Below, in pieces: positions 24,379 through 36,849 of a DNA stretch of 64,000 nucleotides. The notes under the pieces are model-generated. The model was not told the origin of the DNA and did no database searches. It saw only the letters and a list, made by a program, of their open reading frames with translations. The position numbers were made by a program, and so were the translations under genes. Positions within the stretch are counted from its first letter, which is position 1. The number at the start of each line of letters is the position of its first letter. Origin of the DNA: Camelus dromedarius (taxonomy: Eukaryota); assembly GCF_036321535.1 (NCBI RefSeq), contig NC_087447.1, forward strand, positions 34,598,001-34,662,000, given 5' to 3'.

Positions 24379-24469
24379 ATGCCATTAATTTTTTAAAATA
24401 ATAATCTGATTTGCAATGCACTATATGCCATTAATTTTTTAAAAAACAATCTGATTTGCAATGCAATAT
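24379..24469. repeat. Tandem duplication of a 45-46-bp unit
   Basis: atgccattaattttttaaaataataatctgatttgcaatgcactat (24379-24424) followed by atgccattaattttttaaaaaacaatctgatttgcaatgcaatat (24425-24469). Confidence 0.95.
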
Positions 24470-24779
24470 ACAATATAAGAATGTCTCAGTGTTCCAAACC
24501 TCGGCTTCGAGCTGTAGAAATTGTATCTGGAAAAGCACCCACAGAAAGCTGGAAGTTCCTTTCTCACTGCTGGCCATACTGCTCACTATGGGCTCAGGCA
24601 ATGAAATGCTGGTCTTTCCTGCCCACTACACAACTCAGGAGGTGGTGCTTATTCCAAGTGAGGCACTGGCAAGGTCCATGAAAGGAGGCGAACTTGGAGG
24701 CAGTGAAGGAGACAGATGTGGACAGAGCAATCAGCCCTGTTCCTCTTGCTAAGTTCAGGCCTCCCTCCTCCTTCACCTG

Positions 24780-25505
24780 AGTCACCCCCTAAACTCCTCG
24801 CTTGACTTCCATCCCTTATGCTCAACCTAGAGTTATTACTGTCAAACACAATGTGACTGCATCACTCTTGATTAAAATCCTTCCATGGTTCCCCAGCTCC
24901 CACAAAGAAAGCCCCATCACTCGGCAGAGTTTATGCCACAGCCCTAAGTATTGGGCCCCCCAACCTCTCTGTCTTCTCTCCCACTAGTGCTCAAGGTCTA
25001 CCCTTGTCTTCACAAGGCCCAAAGGCACCTGGCCACCCCTTTGCCTGGTCTCCTTCTACTCTCCCCTTGCTTACTCCTCAAACTGGCCTCTTTGCTTTTT
25101 CTCAAACAGGTCCCACCTGCTCCTACCTCAGGGCCTTTGCACATGACTGATTCTCTACCAGGACCAATGTCTCCTTAGAGAGAGCCCCATGGCTTCCACC
25201 TTCACTTCCTTCAGACTCTGTACAAATGTCAGAGAGGCCTTCCCTGACCACGCCATCTAAAATAACACTCCTTCCCCTAACCACACATCCTCTATCCCTT
25301 ACTTTGTTTTTCCCTCATAGTGTTTATGGCCACCTGACACATGATCTCCATATCTATTTACTGTTTGCCCTCTCACGCTAGAATAGAAGCTTCATGACAG
25401 CCAGCCTTTGTCCACTTTGTTCTCTGCACTACCCTCAGTACACAGAACAGCACTGAGCCTATACATTGTTGGCGCTCAGTGGACACAGACAGAATGAATT
25501 AAGTG
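24780..25505 (+). mobile_element. L2a-like 3' fragment
   Basis: ttaaaatccttccatggttcccc...ctggcctctttgctttttctcaaaca...cctcagggcctttgcacatg...aggccttccctgacc...tctaaaataac...ctagaatagaagcttcatga...gaatgaat. Confidence 0.9.
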
Positions 25506-25514
25506 GATGAACAT

Positions 25515-25910
25515 CCAGATGTTTGCTATTCCTCCAACCTTGCTGCTGCTGCCTCCTTTGTCTTTGAACATGTGGATCCTTTCATGTGGAATGCCCTTCC
25601 TCCCATTTGTACTACTAGGCAACCCCAGCTTTTCTTGAATGCTCCTTCCTTTGGGAACTTCCTTGTCCCCGCACACCTTGGTCCCAGGCCTAGCAAGGGT
25701 GTCAGCTATGTGCCCCACGCCGGTTCCTTCTATGACACCAAAATGGAATGGTTGACGTGCTTCTCCATCGCCCCTAGGAGACGCTGAGTGCCCCAGGGGA
25801 GGAGTGTATTGTTTTTTCTTAAGCACCAACTATATCTTAAGCACCCAGCGAGGGCCTGGCAGATAGAAAATACTCTGTAAATGTTCACTGCAATTAGCAA
25901 ATAAATGATC
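25515..25910 (+). mobile_element. Second L2 3' fragment
   Basis: ctttgaacatgtgg...tggaatgcccttcctcc...ccttcctttgggaacttcc...gggcctggcagatagaaaatactctgtaaatgtt. Confidence 0.7.
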
Positions 25911-26155
25911 ATTAGAGCTGGTGTCTGTTGAGGATTTCCTCTTTGCCTGTCACTGTTCTAAGCACTTTGCAGAGATTAACTCACCACCTTTTTATCAACT
26001 CTATAAGGTAGGTGCTAATATAACCCCATATTTCAGAGAGGGAAACAGAGGCACAGAGAGGTTAGCTAAGTTGCCCCAAATTCACATAATGTAAGTGGCT
26101 GAACCAGGGTTTGAAGCCAGCTCTGGGGTCTGGGCTTTAAACCATCAACCCTTGT
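25910..26155 (-). mobile_element. MIR
   Basis: tgcctgtcactgttctaagcactttgc...ataaggtaggtgcta...cccatatttcagagagggaaacagaggcacagagaggtta...gggtttgaagccag. Confidence 0.9.
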
Positions 26156-26274
26156 TGCCTTAGTAATGAATGAATGGGGGTATGGCATAAATGTTGGACC
26201 TTAAATAATATCCTTGTGCTCTTTTTTTCTCTGTGCTCCCTCTGTTACTCTTCCTCTCTCCTGTCTCCACATAA

Positions 26275-26660
26275 GCATTCACACACTCAATTAACATATG
26301 CTTATTAAGAACCTACAGTGCACCAGGCGCAGCAGGGAGGGATGGAGTAACCACAGTAAGTGATGCTCTTGTGGAGCTTCTGTCCAGGAGGGAGACAGAT
26401 ACGACTTCATTGCATGAGTACGCACGGACAAGTTATAATAACAAGGGCCATTCACTCATCCACTCATTCATTCATTCATTCATGTATTAAATGCCTGCGG
26501 ATGCCTTACTATGCATCAGGAGCCGTTCTAGGTATTGAGGATGAAGTAGTAGCTATTTACATTCCAACAGACCAAAGACAAATAAGCAAAGAGCCAAGGT
26601 AGTTTCAAAGTTACATAAACTATATTATGAGCATAACGATGGAGGAAAAAGAAGCCTGAG
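26275..26660 (-). mobile_element. L2 3' end fragments with a (CATT)n tail
   Basis: ttattaagaacctacagtgcaccaggc; cattcactcatccactcattcattcattcattca...tatgcatcaggagccgttctaggtattgagga. Confidence 0.75.
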
Positions 26661-26729
26661 AAGAAAACATACAATGAGCTATGAAAGCGTATCGTGGGGG
26701 ACTTTGATCTAGACCCACAATGATAGAAA

Positions 26730-26955
26730 CCAATAGTAAGTGCTTACAGTGTTTCAAGCACCAAGCTCTAAGGAGATCAGTCCATTCAATATTCACAAGT
26801 CAGTGTAGTGGGAGCTATTGTCATCTTCATTTTATACATGAGGAAATTTTAGGCACAGAAAGAGAAATAACTTGCTCAAGGTCAAACCAATAATAAGTAG
26901 CAAACCTAGGTGATGAGCCAAAGCAGTCTTGCTCCAGAGTCTACACTCCTCCGTG
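26730..26955 (-). mobile_element. MIR
   Basis: cattttatacatgaggaaattttaggcacagaaag...taacttgctcaaggtca...gcagtcttgctccagagtct. Confidence 0.85.
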
Positions 26956-27084
26956 CCTAGTTAGTACCTTCTGCCACTGGGAGAGGTGGTACTGGGATGA
27001 GGTATCAGGAGCTGTGTGACCCTGGGCAGGCCACCACCTCTCTGGGCTTCAGCTTTCTGGAGTGAAAAAGACTACTGGACTAGA

Positions 27085-27255
27085 TCAGAGTCCGACATTC
27101 TTATGTCCAGGGGTGGGGAGGGAGGATCCTCAGAAATCATGTGAAGAATTTTCTGTGTGTGTGAAAATGACAATGTTTCTTAAGTGTGGCACCATAGTTT
27201 AAATTTCCAGAGTGGTCTGTGGCCCCTTAAAAAGTGTATTAAATCATTCCTTCTA
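27085..27255 (+). mobile_element. hAT-Charlie MITE (MER117-like)
   Basis: cctcagaaatcatgtgaagaattttctgtgtg...ccatagttt...agtggtctgtggcccc..aaaaag...ttaaatcatt resembles the recalled MER117 consensus. Confidence 0.55.
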
Positions 27256-28359
27256 GAATGTAGTGTCCTATGAAATATACCAAGAAACACACCTTGTGTT
27301 CTTTTGTATAGCACAGACCATGCCCACTCTCAGAAGAACCCAAATGTCTACGATACTTTCTGCCCAGAAGGTGAATTCTGAGTCAGTCTTAGACTGCTCT
27401 CCCTCCGTCTTCCTGACGGCCCTTGCTCCCTTTGATTTGAGATCACTCCTCCTTCAACTGCATCCTTCTGTACCTTGAAGACCCAGACGCAACCCTCCCC
27501 AGCCCTAATGCTATTAAGGCCAAATAAAGCTAAGCTGCACAGTTGTAATTTCATAAATGTGTCCTGTAAATCCAACAGTGAAACACTTTATTAGGTGGGA
27601 AATGCCATACATAAGTTATTTATTTCCCCATCAAAACATGAATAAAACAACTTCATCATACAGGGTACAGTTTGATTCCATGGCTGTCGACTCGTGGCTA
27701 CCAGCATGGTCAGTGGGATTTGGTTTTGTCTTTATATATTACATTGATATCACAAAGAATAAGAGATTCGGCCATTCAATGCTCAGGTCTTAAGTCACTT
27801 AACATTATAAGCACCTTTCAATAATGCATTAACATATAAGATATATTCTTAAAGACAAACAGAAAGAATTAATATTTTATGGGCTACAACCCACAAATGT
27901 CTTTAGAAGCATTGATTGCTTCCGCAATCCATTAGGCTCTATTTTGATCTCCAATGGCTGGAGACAGTCTGCTCTGTGGTAGGAATTATTTTGGCAGCAT
28001 AATAATTTAGAGATGGCCAACATTTTGATGACCTTCAGCTTTTGACCCCGAATGTTAAAGAAAGTCTAATAAGAACACACAGCTCCTGCCATACCCCTGT
28101 CTATTGTCACGATTATGTTAGCTGGTCAGAAGAGAGCTGCTCTTCTCTGATGAAATCTGACAAACCAGGCTTCAGGCTGATCCAACTAACTCATCAGAAG
28201 GTCAAATTGGAGCTATTTTCCAACAAGGTGATAGTAATGATTATAACAGCAGCAGCCATCATTTATGCAATGGATAATGTGCATCTTACATACCCTAGGG
28301 GGCACCATTCATAAACTGGCTGGAAGATGGCAGTAAAATGTCTTGAGAAAGGGTTACCC

Positions 28360-28570
28360 TTTCCTAATTCTAACTCTCACAACAGCACTATATAAGCTAG
28401 TGACAGCCTAATTCTCCAGTGACCTGAAAGTTAGGAATCACATCCTGACTCTACATTTGGGGAAACAGACTTAGGCAAGGTAACTGACTTACCTACAGCC
28501 ACACAGTTAGCCAGAGGTGATACTGAGATTCAAAACCAGTCCACCTGGCTTCAAATCCTGCACCAGCCTG
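28360..28570 (-). mobile_element. MIR
   Basis: ctctcacaacagc...ggaaacagacttaggcaaggtaactgacttacc...cacacagttag...gagattcaaaaccagtccacctggcttcaaa. Confidence 0.75.
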
Positions 28571-29384
28571 GATAACATACAAACTGGATGGTAAGAGGAA
28601 CCAGTGTGACTCCAGGAGACTGAAGGAAGATATCAGCCAGAACAGACAGGAAAGCCAGGACATTCCTTCCTTATCACCCAGAAAGAACCTTCAGAGCAAG
28701 CAAAGCCCCTCAGTGGAAGCTCCATCTGGAACATGACGAGATCTCCATGCCTTTGATGAAAATAACTCATCTCCCTCTTCTTTGTGATTCCTTAAGACTC
28801 ACGGCCTATCAGATTCTCCAAAGCTCTTACTGAATTACACCCTGGCTTCGAAGGTTTGCCTCCACTCTAAGAGGTCTCTGCCCACCCCATCAGAGAACTC
28901 AGCACTCCATATCCTGAATGTCTGTTACATCCACACCCTGTGGGACTGGGATTGCTTGAAGCCAAGAGCTTCTTTGGTACTTTCTTTAGCGTAGTTGCTG
29001 ATGATTTTCTATTGAATGAATGAAAGAGTTTAAAATTAACCAGACTTTCATTTAATCCTCTCACCTCTGGACAAGTCAGAACTAAACAGAGATGCTATGT
29101 CTCTTGTAGTCACCCTCCATACTCTGTCCATCTGTGTTCAGCCCAGCTCAAGGATGGTCTCACAGCCTTCCCTCTCCCCTCAGACTGTCTCACACCACAG
29201 GGCTCTTAAATATGCTCGCACATAAGCAGCTTTGCGTCTCCAAACGGATTAAGGGGTGTTCCTTGTGGGAGAGGTCTATTCCCAGAGGGTTGGAGGCACA
29301 TACACATGCCCACGATATATACTATTTAAGCTCCCTAAGTAGTCTAGTCTCTTCCTCCCTAGAGGAAAGCAAATAAAACCAACC

Positions 29385-29605
29385 AGTCCTATTTAAGCCC
29401 TATGACGAACAAGGTACTGGTGCACTTTAAATCCTGACAATGTTTCTGCCAGTAGGGAGAAATTATGCCCTTGTTACAGATGAAAAAACTGACACCCAGA
29501 GTTCTTCAGCAACTGGCCTACAGCTGGACAGGTAACTAACTAGGGGCAGATCTGCAATTTGAATCGAGTTCAGGTCTCTTGTTCTTTCCAAGACACCAGG
29601 CTGCA
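29385..29605 (-). mobile_element. MIR
   Basis: tttaaatcctgacaat...tgttacagatgaaaaaactgac...atttgaatcgag...tgttctttcca. Confidence 0.7.
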
Positions 29606-30124
29606 TCCTGATCTACAGCAAAATAATGGTCTCTTCCTCCTGACATTTTCTTCTGAAGCCACAGCAGTTCCGTTTCTAATAGCCAACAGCTGCTGAAGAA
29701 GTGGTTCCATAATTACTCCCCAGAAACATCACCAGGTTCATCTCTTTATGCCAAGATCAGGCCTCCAATTCAGACTGAAAACTGAAAGATGTCCAGATGG
29801 TCTTGCTTTGCAATCCAACATTTAAAAAAATCTTCCTCCTTCCTTCCATTCATGAGAAAACTCTGTCCATCTTAACTACAGGACTTGTCTAAGGCTGCTT
29901 GCCAGCTGAAATGTAGCCCTAATTCCTCCTGGCCAAAGACCAGTGGATCCTCCTAGAAACCCGCTCAGAACATTTGATGGGACCAGGACTCTGAACCTCT
30001 GAATCTGATGTGACATAGTCTTAAAGTGCTGCTACCTCTGCAGGCGAAGCTCAAAGTCAAGGCCTGAAGAGGATGGAAGCAGCAGAGACCGGGAAGGAAC
30101 CACATTTTTCTAACATCAACCAGT

Positions 30125-31336
30125 CAACCACACTGGGACACATCTCTTTTTCTGTTCTCACCACACTGGCGGTTCCTTCCTTCCTTCTCCTTCACTGATG
30201 CTCTTCATCTTCCTGATGTCTAATGTTGGAGTGGGTACCCCAGAGATCCGTCCTCAGATCTCTTTTCCATCTACACTTATTCCCAGTGTCATGACTTTAA
30301 ACACTTTAATCACGCACTGATGATTTCCAAATGTATGTATCAGGACTGGATGTCTCCTGTGAACCTCAGACTCAGATCCAACCGCCTACTCAACGCCTCC
30401 ACTTGGGGGTCTAAAAAGCATCTTACTCTTAATATGTCCAGAACCTGATCTCCACATTTTCTTCTCCCCACACCTGCTTCTTTCACTGCCTGCCCCAGTT
30501 CATCAAATAACAACTCCATTTTTTTCCACTGTCTCAAGCCAAACACTTTAGAAGCCTTCCTTAACCCTTCACTTTCTCTCACAATCCAGAACTAATTCAT
30601 CAGCAAAAATTGTTTGTTGTACATTCAACGCATCCAGAATCGACCCACTTCTCTCCGTCTCCGTGGCTACAGCCACAGTTCAAGTCGCCCTCATCACCCA
30701 CAGGGACCATTGCCATCACCTTCTGTCTGCTCCCCTCCTCCTGCCTTCACTCCTCTTCCAGCCATCATCCACAAACCAGCCCCGAGCGAGCGAATACTTT
30801 AAAATGTAAGCCGGATATTGTCTTTCCTCTGCTCAGAAACACCTGCTGGCTTTTCATTTCTCTCAGTGTAAAAGTGAAAGTCCTTATGGTCACCTGCTTC
30901 TCTCCCCTGACGTTTCGTCTACTGCAGCCACATCGCATCCTCAGAAGCACCAGACACATTCTCATTGCATGGCCTTTGCATTTGCTGTTTTCTTATCTCC
31001 AGACACTCTCCTGCCTCACTCCCGCACCTCAGGACTCTGCTGAAATGTGGACCTATTGGTGAGGTCCTCCCTTCCTGGCCTGTGCAACATACTATCAACA
31101 CCCTGTCGCCATATTTCTATTCTCTGGACTTGACTTTATTTTTGCTCCCTGCGCTTATAACCATCTGACATGTTACATGTTTTACTCATTTGATTTGCAT
31201 TATTTTTTATTATCTCCTCTCCTTACCAGAGTATAGGCTACGTCAGGACAGAACTTGTCTGTTTTTGTCTGCCAATGCATCAACAGTGCCTGGGACACAT
31301 GAAAGGTGCAATGAGTCATTTCCCAATGAATGAATA
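30125..31336 (+). mobile_element. L2a LINE, about 1.2-kb 3' portion with decayed RT-coding region
   Basis: aatgttggagtg...gtcctcagatctcttttccatctacac (GVPQGSVL region), ctgatgatttccaaat (YADD region), tctaaaaagcatcttactcttaatatgtccagaac (LKLNMSKT region), then the L2 3' UTR to tgaatgaat. Confidence 0.92.
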
Positions 31337-34300
31337 TAGAGAGGAAAATGCTCAGAGGCCCAGGAAACTAACCAAGGATACCTCCCAGTCCTAAGTAGCC
31401 CTACAAGCTTTAGAAATGCTTAACAGGCCACACCCACGGTCCCAGCCATCCTGAGCCTTTTCCAGTAGCAGGGAGTAGGAAGGCTCTAGCATCTTCCCTG
31501 GAGGTTGTCTTCAAAGAGCTGGGTGTTTACCCTGAGGGATCTCCAGTTTTATCACAGAGCCCTCATCCATAGAGCTATCTTTGCAAAGAGGTAAAATGCT
31601 GCAATGGCAGGTCTATGGGGCACGTATGCTCCATGAGAGACAGCCCTGGGAGCTTGAACACTTAGTCGATGGCTTCTGGGGGAAGGAATAACCTCTTCTC
31701 CCCCTTGCTCTGCCATTCCGCCCACAGGAAAGCCCAACCACACCAGTGCAGCAAAGAGCACATAAGCCATAAGCACCATCTCTACGTGGCCAGCATCTGT
31801 GTTCACTGCCGAGATGAATGGGAAGGAAAACAAAGGAAAGCGGGGATAGGGTAGGGATATGGGAGAAGGCAGTTCTTTGGGACACCTCCCCATCCTCCTG
31901 AATGCTGACTTTACCTGAATTCACAGCTGCCATTGGATTCACCCCAGCACTTACCCCAGTTTTCTCCAAACACACCCCTTGGGCAATAGGCACTGTGCTA
32001 ACTTCAGAGTGCTGCCTCAAAGTAGTCTTCCACATCTGGAACAGGAAACTGTCACGTGAGAGCATTAACCTGCTACTGAGACCCGTGCATGGGATGTTCT
32101 CTTAAAATGGAAATGGCGTTTAAAGGGGGTTGCCTGCACAAACGGAAGATGCTTCTCTATCTCCTGGCCACTGGGTCTGGGGCTGTTCTGGGTGCTGGGA
32201 GGGGCAGTATCATATGTAGGGTAAAGGGCTAGCTGACTTTGGAGTCAATGAGACTTGGAGTCTCACAAGCAGTGAGACCTGGAGGCCAAGCTCACCTCCA
32301 CCACCAGTCCTGGGTATGTTAACCTCTCTAAGCCTCAGTTTCCTGACCATAAATGGAGTCGATGATAATACTCGCAGTTTAGGACTTATGAGAGAACAGG
32401 TCTGTCATCTCATTCCAGCAGCACACTGATCACATCAGTTCATCTCCCTGCCCCACTGCCCCACACCACCCAGAGGCTAGTAGTCTCCAAGGACAGGAGC
32501 CTTGTCACATCCCTTTGTGTCCTCTGCCCACATACACCGCACCCAGCACAGAGCAAGCCCATCCACAAGGATCTGCTGAACTGAATGGAACTGAAAAATA
32601 CCAGGGCTGAGGGGTAGAGCCAATTTCAGAGACTTGTAGGAGAGAAAGAAGCTGCCCATGCTACTACCCAGAGAAATTGTCATTCTGGTAACGTCACGGC
32701 TGAAATAAAGAGCTGCCGACTGTCTCTCCAGGTTGGAATCTGACTTCTGAAGGTGGCAGAGAATGTGGCGCAGGGAAAGGGAGTTGTGATTTTTTTTTTC
32801 CTTGCAGAATTCATCACAGACACACAGCCTAAGACACAGGGGAAAACAGAACTGTGTTTTGACTTCTAATTTATCTTTTTAATATCCACTTCCCCACCCC
32901 CTGGACCAGGGCCAATGAGTCTCAAAGATCACATTTCACCAGCAACCTTGAAAGTGTGATTCAACATCTCTTTTTGCAATAATAAGATCTTTTAACAGAA
33001 AGTGACTGTTTTATGAGGCTGATACATTACAAAACAGCCAATAGGCAAACTGAAGCTTGGGGTTATTAAAGCCCTGGGAGAAATCGATGTGCTCTGAAAC
33101 CAGCCTCCAGTTGTGACTTCAGCAACAGTGACTTGGGGTTCAGGAAAGCTGTTGGCCAGGGGCTGAGGCTGTTTCCAAAAGTGCTGTTCACCCACCAACT
33201 ATGATCTTGTCTGGGAGTAAAGGAGAGGGTCCAAGTTCCCCTCCTCTGGTAGGAGCAGAGGCATCAGAGGGGGCCCAAGCAGGCTGCTGCCCAGGACAAG
33301 GAGTTTCATACAGCTTTGACAAACAGGGTCCCTCTTAATCTCCAAACTGTGGGTCTAGCCAGAATTAAGGGAATAGGCAGAACTGAGCATCAGAAGGGAA
33401 ACTGGGTTTTAGTAAGTTAGGGAAGGACCTGCAGAAGGCCGGAGAATGGAGGCACAGGTTTGGAAGTACATGGATAGGAGAGCAGAGGAATGAGTGGAGC
33501 ACAGAGTGGGCTCAGGGGAAGGATAGGTCAGAGCATAAGCAAGGCTAGCCTTACAGGGTCACCAGGGTGGCAGAAGCATGGTGCATGGGAAAGCCAGCCG
33601 TGTTTAAAGGGACAGAGACTGGCCAACAGATGGGGAAGCCAGCAGTGCAATCTCTCAGGCTTGTTTCTTCAGAAGCCAGCCCTCTAGGCATCATGGAGCT
33701 TCTGGGGCACGAGTGATGCAGTCAGCACCTCCTACACAGACAAAGGGTGCCAATGACAGTCAGGGAACAGAGCAGTATTGACTCTCCCCTGCACCCTCTA
33801 AGCTGCTGAGATCAGTTATTCAAAATAACCATTATCACTTGTGTGGAATTTATTAGGGAAAAAAATACCAGGCAGGGCTTTGGGGACTTTACGTGCATCA
33901 TCTCAGCTCCTAAAGCTCCAGGAGGTGGGTATTTTTACCCACTGTGCAGTTGAGGACACTCCATTCCTTCCTGCGGTCAACTCAAAACTCTCCCAACTCA
34001 AAACTCTGTGGGGAACTGTAAAGCTGGGATCTGTGTGCCCGGGCTGGGACAGGTAGGAAACGAGACTCAGGTCTGTTACAGGAGCATTCAGGGGTGAAGG
34101 GGCAGAGGAGGGGCAGAAACAGGATGGGGACCAAAAAGGAGAGGTAGGAAGAGGAGCAGTGTCAAGGCTGAGCAATCGTGGACTGGGTTTGCCTCCAAAG
34201 AACATCCAGAAACCTGCAGCAGGCTCAAGTTCCCTCCCACTGAGGGCTCCCTTCTACCCTGAGCACAGGATGGTCGGTCAGCTGGACTTGGGGCTCAGCT

Positions 34301-35049
34301 GTCTGCCCGGTGAGTCATAGGCTCCTTTCTGCTCCTGCAACGATGGTGCCCTCTGGGCCAGGACCTGCACAGACACAACTTCCTCTGAGGAAAAAGGAGC
34401 TGGAGGCAGCCACCCACCCCTGCAAAGGGATGGCTCAAACCTTCTCTGGCCCCTCTGCAAAGACCAGACTCAGCCTAGGGTGGTTTTGTCAGAAACAAGA
34501 ATCCTCTCTCCATCCCAGGCTCCTGGCACTGCAGAGGTCCTCACTGAAAGGATGTGGGCTGAATGAATGAAGGACAGCAGGGCAGGTGCTGTCCAAGGTA
34601 GCGGAGCCTGGGCCCCTCCCGGGGGAACTCCTCTCCCTTCCCAGGAACCTGCCCCCTCAGGGACAGACCTGGACTCATATACACACGGGCACACTCATGG
34701 ACACACGCTTACAGGGGTGTGCACGGGAACGTGGCTTTATTCTTCCTCCCTAATTCCAAAGCGCAGCACCAGATTTCAAGATACTATGTGAACCTCAAGA
34801 CAGGGCACAGATGTTCCCATTTCACAGACTGAGAAAGGCTTGTCTCACAGAGGCAGGGCTTAGCGGCTTCCTGCATTCTGCCTTTATGGGGTTTCAGACA
34901 GCTCACCCACACACAGCAGGCCATGTCAAGTCCTTTGTTATTAGCCTCAGGTAAAGGTGGCCTTCCTGCAGGTGGCCCACAGCCCTGAGTGAAGCACTGC
35001 TGCTGAATCCCTAATCCCTAGCTCAAGGGCTCCATCCCAATCACCCTGA

Positions 35050-35395
35050 GCCCTTGTCAGGCCCTCATGCTTCCGCCTCCTCTTGATACTGGGCTCATGC
35101 CCATGCTGTTCCATCTGCCTGGACACTCTTCCCTCCCTTTTGACTCATCAACTTCTACTCTTCCTGCAGATTTCAGCTCAGGGGAGCTTTATCCCACCTT
35201 CTACCTGGTTTAAATCTCCCCTCCAATGGTACCACGTTCCTGTCTGGATGTTCCATTTCTGGGAGGCCCTGTGATTATTGTTCCCATCCCCATAGACTCT
35301 AAACCACGTGAGGACAGGAGCCATGGCAGAGTCCAGCATAGGGCCTGGAACATGACAGATGCCACAGAAAATCTTGGATAGTGGAATAAACGAAT
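35050..35395 (+). mobile_element. L2 3' fragment
   Basis: ccatgctgttccatctgcctggacactcttcc...ttctactcttcctgcagatttcagctca...tagactctaaaccacgtgaggacagga...gggcctggaacat. Confidence 0.8.
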
Positions 35396-36849
35396 GGTGC
35401 CCTGGAAATAGTCTCTCCAGAGATTCTTTGAGGGTTGTTGTTTTGTTTTTAAAACAAACGTTCTCATTCCCATTATAAAAGCAGTATCTACACCCTCAAG
35501 AAAAACAGAAAGAAAGTGGGAAATACCTACTTTTGCAGCACCAAAGTTATCCCCAAGCAGAAAGTCATGAGGTACCACTGCAAGAAGCACCTAGAATGCT
35601 GAGAGACTTGGCTACTTTCCCGGCTGTGCTAAGGTCAGGGGAGGGGAACTGTGCTAGATAGGCAAGAGTTTAGCTTCCAGAAGAGACCTAGGATGTATTC
35701 TTCAACCTCCCACCACCCACCCCACAGTAAAGCAGGTCTTCAATTTTACTGCCCCTGAAAATGCTCAGGGTTCACAGTCCATATGGAAAGAGAAGCTCCC
35801 AATACAATAGTGTCCATGAGTTCTACACTTTCACAAGTGAGATTTTACTTTAAAAAGAAAAAAGAAAAAAGAATCCTTAGGTTATAAATTCTTTTTAAAA
35901 CAGAAATAACAACACAGAGCAAAATGGCTCTTGATTCAGAACATTTCAAGTTTAAAGCACACAAATTGCTACTAGGAGAGAAAAGGGTAAAAAAGCCAAA
36001 TTAAAAAGCCTGGAGGTCGCAGTCCAATTCCACTGCCTTCTTCCTCAGGTTTTTGTCTACAAAAGGTACTTTTCATCTCAAGGAGGAGGAATAAATTTTC
36101 ATTTGACAGCTGACGTGATTTCCATTGCAAAATTAAAACATTTTGTCAGGCTTTTTTTTAAGTGTATTTTATTGACATACATATAATTTCAGGGTACAGA
36201 TATAGCTCATATTTTATAATCTCTGTAAACAGACAAAGGGATCCACACCTTCCCCACTAAATCAATGGAGCACAACGAATGGGGTGGGATGGAAGTGTCT
36301 TAAAGCTACATATCAGCCCAACTTAGTTAATGGCTAAAGTGGAGAACAGAAGCTTTCAGTGCAAACCAGCAGACATTAGACACCTCCCAAGGTGCAAAAG
36401 GGACTGGACACAGTGGGGGAATAGGACTTACTGGCCTGTCTGGCACCGTACTCCACAGCCAAGAGACTGATGGCCTGAGGGTCAAGCCCACAGCCGGGAG
36501 CCCAGGGCAAAGCAAAATAGCCCAGTGCCCACCTAATCAAGCCCCAAGTCCCTTTTCAAAGAGGAAAGAGAGATGAACAATCTGGGAAAGGGGGAAGGAT
36601 GACCTCAGGCTGCAGAGGTTAGATCATCCAATTCACAGATCCGTTTTCTCTAACGACTGCCACCACATGCAAACGATGCTGAGTGATGTCAGTGGCCTTT
36701 GCTAGTGTCTGGAGGAGCCCTGCAGAGTCCTATGAGCAACAGTTCAAATTCCTACTCTGGCTGTCACCGGGAATCTGAGCAAGCCATTTAACGTCTCAGA
36801 GCCTCAGCTGCTTCAACTGCAGACCGGAAATATGACCTAAGGTGGCTGT

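Noticed and set aside
24379..24469. CRISPR-like repeat (also considered for the 51-bp pair at 53762/54546)
   Set aside because: Only two copies, no regular spacers, no cas genes, and the DNA is mammalian.
34585..34606. REST/NRSE site ggtgctgtccaaggtagcgga
   Set aside because: Only one half matches; the GGTGCTGA half is broken.
36150..36220. Short minus-strand L1 3' end after poly-T
   Set aside because: Similarity is too short and gapped and I found no TSD.
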